Origin: Thermoplasmata archaeon
Lineage (GTDB): Archaea > Thermoplasmatota > Thermoplasmata > Thermoplasmatales > GCA-001856825
Reading direction: 5' to 3'
Assembly: GCA_021792255.1 (NCBI GenBank)
Contig: JAJYUZ010000003.1
Coordinates: 256,001-320,000, forward strand
DNA: 64,000 nt
Part shown: one piece after another, positions 57,500 through 64,000 of the stretch
Position numbering within the stretch: the stretch's first letter is position 1
How the letters are laid out: each line of letters opens with the position of its first letter
The notes under the pieces: model-generated
What the model was told of the DNA's origin: nothing
What the model saw: the letters and a program-made list of their open reading frames with translations, nothing else
Databases searched by the model: none
Translations under genes and position numbers: made by a program

Positions 57500-57714
57500 T
57501 GTACCTTACCGTATTTATCTGACATCTCAGTAGCCAATTGTTCTAGAATCTCTTCGAGATCTTCTCCCTCCAGAACCAGCTCGTCCCCGTTTGAATAAGA
57601 TATGACTACCCTGAATGTTTCTCCATCGTGATAAACATCGACCTCTCCAAGTTTCTGCATCACAATCAATCGTGATAAATGCTCTATATTAACATTTTCT
57701 GTTCTCAATTTCAC
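57490..57714 (-). CDS. Small acidic hypothetical protein
   Basis: 74 aa; stop codon lies inside the tRNA-Ser 5' end. Confidence 0.6.
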   Translation of the reverse strand: MKLRTENVNIEHLSRLIVMQKLGEVDVYHDGETFRVVISYSNGDELVLEGEDLEEILEQLATEMSDKYGKVQRG

Positions 57715-57763
57715 TCAGTTTGCTATATGAATCTTTATTTATGCATTTGATTTCTTTATAGAG

Positions 57764-58288
57764 ATGGAAGGCTCTGATACTGAAGAGAGGAAAATATTCT
57801 ACAGAGGCGTTTCTACTTCCGTTAAGGAACCCTACGTAAACGAATCTTTTGCGGGACTTTTGAGTGCATTGGAGTCTGATAAGAAGGAAGGACTAGTGAA
57901 CATAGTTATATCTGACCGTGAAGTCGGGACGCTCAGGATAGAAGGTGGCAAGATATACCTCAATGAGATAGTAGACCAGACTCCCCAAGAGACAGAGCTT
58001 CTGAGAAAATATCCGGTCCATGGCAGAATTGCATTAAAGTCTTTAATGGAAAAGTATGTGGACACGGTCGCAGAAGACGCGATAGAGGATCTAGCCTTCC
58101 TGGAAGGAATAAAGAGTAGCCCCGACAAAAGGAGGGTGGATGATCAGCACTTCATTCTCCTTCTCTGGGACAGGTACTGGAATGTAACTTCAAGATTCAG
58201 AGGAGATGCCAGGGACGGGATTTACATTGTTTCCGAAAGGAATGTCTGGGACGAAAGAGACAATAATTCCTTCAACGTCAATGGCTAA
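57764..58288 (+). CDS. Hypothetical protein
   Basis: 174-aa ORF with host-like composition. Confidence 0.6.
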   Translation: MEGSDTEERKIFYRGVSTSVKEPYVNESFAGLLSALESDKKEGLVNIVISDREVGTLRIEGGKIYLNEIVDQTPQETELLRKYPVHGRIALKSLMEKYVDTVAEDAIEDLAFLEGIKSSPDKRRVDDQHFILLLWDRYWNVTSRFRGDARDGIYIVSERNVWDERDNNSFNVNG

Positions 58289-59547
58289 CTTGATCCTCTT
58301 ACCTTTTTCAGGATCTCCGCTGCAAAGTCGGCTCTTACCTTTCTTTCTTTGACCATCATTTCCGCTATCTTGTCCACTTCTTCGCCCTTTGCACCAGCCG
58401 CTATAGCGACATTTCTGGCGTGAAGAGACATGTGACCCTGCTGGATTCCTTCAACTGCTAGCGCCCTTATTGCTCCAAAATTCTGGGCCAGTCCAACTGA
58501 GGCCAGTACATTGGCGAACTCCTTTGCGGAAGATATCCCCAATATTTTTCTCATCAATTTTGCCTTAGGATGGGTAGCAGTTGCTCCTCCGATTATTCCC
58601 ACTGCCATTGGAAGTTCAATATATCCGGCTAGGTCACCGTCTTCGTTTATTTCCCATCTAGACAGAGAGGTATAACGGTTCATCGCTGCGTACGCATGTG
58701 CCCCCGCCTCTATAGCCCTCCAGTCGTTTGCTGTCGCTATCAAAACCGAATCGATTCCATTCATTATCCCCTTGTTGTGTGTCGTCGCTCTGTAAGGGTC
58801 AATGCTTGCAAACTTGTAAGCCTCTACTATTCCTTTGACTGCATCGTCTCCTCCCACCGACTTGTTATCGAAGACAGCGTAGGAACTGGTCATCCTATAG
58901 GTGGCGAGGTTGCTGAGAATTCTGAGCCTGACTTCCCCCTTTGAAATCTCAGAAATGTGGGGAGCGAGGTACTCTGCCATCGTATTGACGGCATTAGCCC
59001 CCATTGCATCTCTCACATCTACCAGGAGATGCACTACGAGCATGGGATCCTTCTCGTCGATTACTCTGACTTCTATGTCTTTGGCCCCTCCACCCACTTT
59101 CACCAGGACCGGATCTTGAGAATTTGCCAGTTCCAGGAGCTCCTTTTTCTTTTCAAGTATCCTGAATTTGGCTCCGAACGGATCGGTGACTCCTGAAAGC
59201 TCTATCTGGCCTATCATTATTGGTTCGGTGGAAACAGACCTGAACCCTCCCTTGATTCTAGCCATCCTGGCCGCATTTGAAGCGGCAGCAACTACACTAG
59301 GTTCTTCTATTGCCATGGGTATGAAATAGTCCTTCTGGTTGATCAGGAAATTGACTGCGATTCCGATAGGAATTTCCATAACCGAAACTACATTCTCTAT
59401 CATATGGTCAGCAGTGGATTCCCCTAGACTTCCCATATTCCTCAACATTGACATCTCCTCATCGCTGAGGTTCCCAATTTTTTTCAGGATTTCCCTTCTC
59501 TCTTCAACGGATAGCTTATAGAATCCCGAAATGCTAGAACTGGACAT
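58285..59547 (-). CDS. mvaA: HMG-CoA reductase, class II
   Basis: ENV, EEPSVVAAAS, DAMGAN, RATTHNKG, GIQQGHM.LH. Confidence 0.93.
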   Translation of the reverse strand: MSSSSISGFYKLSVEERREILKKIGNLSDEEMSMLRNMGSLGESTADHMIENVVSVMEIPIGIAVNFLINQKDYFIPMAIEEPSVVAAASNAARMARIKGGFRSVSTEPIMIGQIELSGVTDPFGAKFRILEKKKELLELANSQDPVLVKVGGGAKDIEVRVIDEKDPMLVVHLLVDVRDAMGANAVNTMAEYLAPHISEISKGEVRLRILSNLATYRMTSSYAVFDNKSVGGDDAVKGIVEAYKFASIDPYRATTHNKGIMNGIDSVLIATANDWRAIEAGAHAYAAMNRYTSLSRWEINEDGDLAGYIELPMAVGIIGGATATHPKAKLMRKILGISSAKEFANVLASVGLAQNFGAIRALAVEGIQQGHMSLHARNVAIAAGAKGEEVDKIAEMMVKERKVRADFAAEILKKVRGSS

Positions 59548-59602
59548 GGCAGATGATGAAGGGGGCGAATAAAGATTTATCTTTATTCACACTTCAAACG
59601 AG

Positions 59603-60088
59603 ATGTTAGGGGATTTGCCACTGATTCTTTACAAGAGTGAAGATGACCCGAAGAAGTGTACGGCCAGGAAATTAAGAAGATTCAAGCTTGCTGTCTTTAT
59701 CAGCAGAATTCCTTCAAACAGCATAATCCTGTACTCTGATTCCAAGGTGAGACTTTCTCCTGAAGATTCTTCTTATCAGCATCTTGTCGCCATAGATGTC
59801 TCGTGGGAAAACGTTGACAACTACAAATTCTCACAATATTCGACTCGTTCTCTGCCATATATGCTAGCTGCGAACCCAGTCAACTATGGCAAACCTTACA
59901 AATTATCTACAGTAGAAGCTATTGCGGCTTCCTACTATATAATGGGGAAAAAAGACGTTGCTGTGAAGCTACTCCAGAAATTCTCTTGGGGGATGCAGTT
60001 CATAAATTTAAACAAAAATCCTCTCGATGACTATTCTAGGGCAAAGAACTCTAATGAAATTCAGGAGATTGAAAAACTCTACTTCTAG
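59603..60088 (+). CDS. tsr3: rRNA aminocarboxypropyltransferase Tsr3
   Basis: DDPKKCT, DVSW, LP.MLAANPVNYGKP.KLST.EA, F.WG..F..LN. Confidence 0.93.
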   Translation: MLGDLPLILYKSEDDPKKCTARKLRRFKLAVFISRIPSNSIILYSDSKVRLSPEDSSYQHLVAIDVSWENVDNYKFSQYSTRSLPYMLAANPVNYGKPYKLSTVEAIAASYYIMGKKDVAVKLLQKFSWGMQFINLNKNPLDDYSRAKNSNEIQEIEKLYF

Positions 60089-61467
60089 TTCCATTCATCA
60101 TTCTCAAGGCGAGTCGTTCCTTTGGTGTACTCCCTTAGTATCCCCATTATCTTGTCCCTCCATACCTCGTCGATCATTTGGCTATCACTGAATAGTGGAT
60201 TTTCGTGAATCTTTTCCACGTGTTCCATGTGAGCACCATGGCTCCCCTTGGATATGAGGAATTTACAATGCTCTCTCTCATCTTTGTCTATCCTGAATTT
60301 TCGCCCAAGGTACGTATTCGAGAAATCTAGTATGTCCTGTTCCTTGTAGTTTATTATTCTTGGATCGAGGGAATTTGCATTGAGGAAGAGAAGAATTCCG
60401 TCGCACTTGGTGCACCTTCCGCATGGAATTATCTTGCCATCCTCATCGTGGCAACTGTGACACGATCTCTGCAGCTTTGCAAGTTCTGGATATCTGTTGA
60501 ACAGAATTCTCTCCTCTATCAGCCCGGTAATATTTCTAAGAGCGGAATAGAACTTGATATCGTATCCTATGCTTTGAAAATAGCTGTTGAGAGCGACGTC
60601 AAAGAATTGTGTTTGATCGTAGATCGCATAGTAGTGATTGATTCCGAATTCCGGCTTGAACTCCCTTGGATCGTCGAATTCGTCCCCTTTCATTACTCCA
60701 GAGATGCCGAATTTCATGTAGTATGGAAGAGAAGAAAAAATGTAAACTGGGAAGATGAAGAGCTGGACTGGATAGGTATCGGACCACATAGCAAGTGCTC
60801 TGTCGTTCAGCGCCTTGACTTTTGAATTCATCTTCCTGTAGAATCTGTCTATGGTCGTCCATACTCTTAGTGTGTTCTGGTGATTTGCCTGGAAATAATC
60901 ATAGGCAACACTTGCCGTCTTCCAATGGCCACCTGACTCATTTATAAATATCGAATAAACGTTGGCTCCTATCTCCTTCATCAATCCGTAGGTCAGAAGG
61001 CTGTCCTTTCCTCCGCTCGACATGATTGCGACAGAGCCATCGTTCTTGAAGGGATTCCTAGAATTTTGCTTTATATTTATGTTCATAATGGGAGAGTAGC
61101 TGGCCTCCTCGTTGCTGGGGCTCTTAGGTATGAATTCGTCCCTGTAGAATTCCTTCCTCTTAAGCAGCTTGTTCACATATATTTCCCTACTGTTTATCAC
61201 CATCATTTCCTTGATGAAGTCATAATCCTGCTGTGTGATTGGGAAGTCTGCATCTATCCGTTCGATAAATAAAGAATAATTAACCAGCGGAATAAGGGAT
61301 AGCAGCCTGAGATCTTGCTTGTCCATGGAGATTGGAAAGTCGTATTTGAACGAAAGGATAACCTCTTCTCCATCAACTACGTACTTTATTGAAATAAGAT
61401 CATTCCGGAGTTCCGGTTCCAACAATCTTACTTTCTCAATCGATGATAATTTGCCTCTGGCCTGCAA
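60085..61467 (-). CDS. PP-loop ATPase, MurL/QueC-like
   Basis: SSGGKDSLL PP-loop; C-terminal SCHSC...CGRCTKC; 460 aa with extra N-terminal domain. Confidence 0.65.
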   Translation of the reverse strand: MQARGKLSSIEKVRLLEPELRNDLISIKYVVDGEEVILSFKYDFPISMDKQDLRLLSLIPLVNYSLFIERIDADFPITQQDYDFIKEMMVINSREIYVNKLLKRKEFYRDEFIPKSPSNEEASYSPIMNINIKQNSRNPFKNDGSVAIMSSGGKDSLLTYGLMKEIGANVYSIFINESGGHWKTASVAYDYFQANHQNTLRVWTTIDRFYRKMNSKVKALNDRALAMWSDTYPVQLFIFPVYIFSSLPYYMKFGISGVMKGDEFDDPREFKPEFGINHYYAIYDQTQFFDVALNSYFQSIGYDIKFYSALRNITGLIEERILFNRYPELAKLQRSCHSCHDEDGKIIPCGRCTKCDGILLFLNANSLDPRIINYKEQDILDFSNTYLGRKFRIDKDEREHCKFLISKGSHGAHMEHVEKIHENPLFSDSQMIDEVWRDKIMGILREYTKGTTRLENDEWN

Positions 61468-62491
61468 ATTCAGCCACCAATTCTCCTAGTCTTTCAATAT
61501 CAAGCATTGGAATGATTGCGGGAATGCGATACTTGGACTCGTACCACTGTGATGCCTGTAGTGCCTCCTGTGCCGTCAGGTTTTGTGTGTTGATTGTGAT
61601 TGCGACTACTCTCTTCCCCGATAACAGTTGCAATATTTTTATGACCTTTCCTACATCCGGCATTGGATAGGTCTCGAATCCGTCCAGGAATTTTCTTCCA
61701 GGTGCGTCTTGAAGTATGATCGCGTCTGGTCTCCCCGCTGCGATTATCTCAAAACTTCCAGGATATGCTGGGTGGACTACGGAACCCTGTCCTTCTAGAA
61801 GTATGAAATCGGGAGTAGTCTTTCTCCAAGCAGTCACCACTTCATTCTCAATTGCACCTGCGACAAAATCGTTGACCGTCGCATCTATGACTGTTGTGTG
61901 CTCGATGCCCTGCATCCAAGAAGTCTGTCCCGTCCCGATCATTTCCGCAGTAAATCCCCTTCTCTGCAGTTCTCTCATCAGCATGATTGTAGTTGTTCTC
62001 TTTCCTATAGCGCTGTCCGTTCCAAGGACAGCGATCTTGAACGATTTGACCGTCTCGATTTCTCCGGTAAATGGAATCTTTCTGTCTCTGAACATTTTCC
62101 TTACGTCTATGATCTCAACGTTCTTTTCTTGCGCTAACCCATACAACTCGGGATCGTCAGAAATGAAATCGTGAAGTCCATTGACGATGTTCATTCCTTT
62201 CAGGATTGCTTGCTTGACGATTTCTCTGTATTCTGCGGGAAGTACACCCCCGTCAGTGGCTGCGCCAATTATCAGATAGTTCGGATTGTATCGCAAAGAA
62301 TCTTCAAGAGATGCAACTATTGGAATTCCTTTGTTTCTTCCCTCGAGATATTCACCAGCATCCAGTCCTACTAGTTGGGAGTCTATGACCGCCACGATCT
62401 TGTATCTTGTCGAAAATCTAACGAGTCCGTGAGCCGTCTTGCCATATGTGGAAGAGAACACTTTCTCAGCCAGAATTACCGCGCTCTCCAT
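61436..62491 (-). CDS. DUF1611 family protein (DgcN-like D-Glu N-acetyltransferase)
   Basis: GKTAHGLVR, NGLH, GTDSAIGKRTT, TGQT, EGQGS..HPAY. Confidence 0.85.
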   Translation of the reverse strand: MESAVILAEKVFSSTYGKTAHGLVRFSTRYKIVAVIDSQLVGLDAGEYLEGRNKGIPIVASLEDSLRYNPNYLIIGAATDGGVLPAEYREIVKQAILKGMNIVNGLHDFISDDPELYGLAQEKNVEIIDVRKMFRDRKIPFTGEIETVKSFKIAVLGTDSAIGKRTTTIMLMRELQRRGFTAEMIGTGQTSWMQGIEHTTVIDATVNDFVAGAIENEVVTAWRKTTPDFILLEGQGSVVHPAYPGSFEIIAAGRPDAIILQDAPGRKFLDGFETYPMPDVGKVIKILQLLSGKRVVAITINTQNLTAQEALQASQWYESKYRIPAIIPMLDIERLGELVAEFAGQRQIIID

Positions 62492-62496
62492 GTCGC

Positions 62497-62751
62497 TCAC
62501 AAAACCCCTCCAACATTTCCCAACCACAATGGATGCAGTTGGTCCCTTATCTTGGAATATGCAACTCTTTTCTTATCTAAACCTAATGTGTTTAGTCTCT
62601 TCAGTTTTTCAAAAAACCATCCAAGACCGAACAGGTACTCTATACGGGTGACACGTAAAACGGACGTGCCGCCTGGGTCCGAATCTTCGTTTTCTTCCTC
62701 GGTCAAATTTAACAGATCCTCCTCAGAGGTCAGGTGATAGAAGAAAAACAT
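62497..62751 (-). CDS. Possible small hypothetical protein
   Basis: 84-aa ORF ending in the GGAGGGG SD of the DUF1611 gene. Confidence 0.35.
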   Translation of the reverse strand: MFFFYHLTSEEDLLNLTEEENEDSDPGGTSVLRVTRIEYLFGLGWFFEKLKRLNTLGLDKKRVAYSKIRDQLHPLWLGNVGGVL

Positions 62752-62862
62752 GTTATATAAGAATTGTGCACTTACGAGCAGATGCCGTCCTGACTTTTCA
62801 CTATAGCATTACAAATTTACTCCTCAAGAAAAGGCTAAGAATATAGAGAAAATAGAGCTTTC

Positions 62863-63285
62863 ATGTTTGAACTCCAAGTCAAACTAAAGAACGCTTCAGT
62901 AAGCAACGATATTGATAGGCTCCTTTCCGAGTTCCTCTTCGACATTGGATATCTGGAGGAGAGAGGAGAGTTCAGCCTGGAAACAGTAAAAGAAAGCGTT
63001 CCATTCAGGTTGTTCAAGGAAGTATTCCTGACGAGGGCGGATAAAACGTGGCCAGTTAACGAGTTGATGACGTATCTGGACACCTCGAAGCCTACTCTGT
63101 ACAGACATCTCAACAGACTTAAGGGACTTGAAATCATTCAGGAAGTTCAATTAGGGAAGGAAAAAGGATATGTGATGAGATACAATTCACTTTCTCTCGC
63201 CTGGAATTTCGTCGAATCAAATGTGAAGATGGCAATGGACAACTATAGGAAGAGAGTAGAAAATATACAGGCGATGACAGGGTGA
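62863..63285 (+). CDS. Winged-helix transcriptional regulator
   Basis: ELMTYLDTSKPTLYRHLNRLKGLEII. Confidence 0.78.
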   Translation: MFELQVKLKNASVSNDIDRLLSEFLFDIGYLEERGEFSLETVKESVPFRLFKEVFLTRADKTWPVNELMTYLDTSKPTLYRHLNRLKGLEIIQEVQLGKEKGYVMRYNSLSLAWNFVESNVKMAMDNYRKRVENIQAMTG

Positions 63286-63291
63286 AACAAG

Positions 63292-63549
63292 ATGATGACT
63301 CAATTGACAAAGGGATCGCGATACAAGATAGTTTCGGCTAGTTCGACTGAGGAAAACGTAGTTTCTGAAGGAATTCTTCAAGGGTTCCTTACAATGGGTG
63401 AGGAGCCAGCCATACTGTTGAATATTGGAGAAGACAAGAAAGAAATGCTAAGAATAATTCCTGTTAGCACCATACTGTTCATAGATGTGATCGAACAGAC
63501 AGAGGAGAAAGAGAAACAAGAGAAGAGAGAGGTCAATTACATAAGCTGA
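63292..63549 (+). CDS. Conserved small archaeal hypothetical protein
   Basis: LTKGSRY.I...G...G....RIIP...I..IDV...Y; SD GGGTGA. Confidence 0.65.
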   Translation: MMTQLTKGSRYKIVSASSTEENVVSEGILQGFLTMGEEPAILLNIGEDKKEMLRIIPVSTILFIDVIEQTEEKEKQEKREVNYIS

Positions 63550-64000
63550 TACTTCTGGATTTCGTTGTAAATCGGGCCATCTGGCCTAAGTATGGATTCA
63601 AACAATGAAAAGGAAGTAACTTTGCTTTCCAGGAAAACGGTGTCTTCATATTTCGAGATAAGTTCAGAAAAATTTCTTCTGTCCTTTACTCTCAGAATTG
63701 TTATGTGTGGATTGAAGGGATGATCTAAGGGTATCTCCCCGGTTTTGGAGTTGACTGCTTGAGCAAGCTTTCTGAGTTGATCTTCCGGATAAGCTCTCAC
63801 GAACAGCACTCTACCATTCTGGGCATTCGGAAAGGCCCCCATTCCTTTTAGAGTTATTGAAAACCTGCTAGACACTATTTCTTCAAGCTTTTTCCTTATT
63901 TCTTCGACGTTTGTTACCTCACCCAAGAACTTGAGCGTAAGGTGAAGATTCTTTCCCTCTACCACTTTGCCCATCGGCCTTACTCCCAATAGGACCTTAT
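63537..64000 (-). CDS. thpR: RNA 2',3'-cyclic phosphodiesterase (2'-5' RNA ligase), 5'-truncated
   Basis: Two HxT motifs (NLHLTLKFLGE, PHITI); GPIY; frame open to window end. Confidence 0.9.
   Translation of the reverse strand, partial: KVLLGVRPMGKVVEGKNLHLTLKFLGEVTNVEEIRKKLEEIVSSRFSITLKGMGAFPNAQNGRVLFVRAYPEDQLRKLAQAVNSKTGEIPLDHPFNPHITILRVKDRRNFSELISKYEDTVFLESKVTSFSLFESILRPDGPIYNEIQKYQLM

Noticed and set aside
58285-59547. Class II HMG-CoA reductase as a novelty
   Set aside because: Bacterial-type HMGR is already known in Thermoplasmatales and Archaeoglobus.
1-64000. CRISPR array, rRNA gene or intact transposase
   Set aside because: No regularly spaced repeats, rRNA-like tracts or DDE/HUH transposase ORFs were recognised by eye.

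Overview
Archaeal chromosomal DNA, most consistent with an acidophilic Thermoplasmata/Thermoplasmatales-like euryarchaeon (aMBF1, Tsr3, bifunctional PGI/PMI, archaeal ThrRS, class II HMG-CoA reductase, a DUF6015-like gene, tRNAs without encoded CCA). The taxonomy is inferred from gene content, not from a search. Housekeeping blocks alternate with accessory segments: (1) a left-truncated virus-like integrated element (~2.78-5.84 kb) ending in a tyrosine integrase that runs antisense into tRNA-Pro(UGG); (2) a 22.4-28.1 kb segment next to tRNA-Gln with a triple-repeat surface protein, regulator and NRAMP-like transporter with a long structured leader; (3) an ~11 kb CoA-dependent organic-acid catabolic operon with a Bat-type regulator. 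Four tRNAs (Pro, Gln, Leu, Ser), one C/D-box RNA, a RidA pseudogene and several small ORFs missed by the ORF track were read directly. Most notable: a non-canonical tRNA T-loop base that removes an in-frame stop from the overlapping integrase; a viral copy of a host DUF6015-like gene found elsewhere in the window; a nested antisense membrane gene in a repeat-flanked cassette; a candidate archaeal metal riboswitch; a 35-aa histone-H1-like microprotein; and a DgcN (DUF1611) plus MurL/QueC-like gene pair. No CRISPR array, rRNA or intact transposase was seen. Family names are from motif recognition, not database searches.
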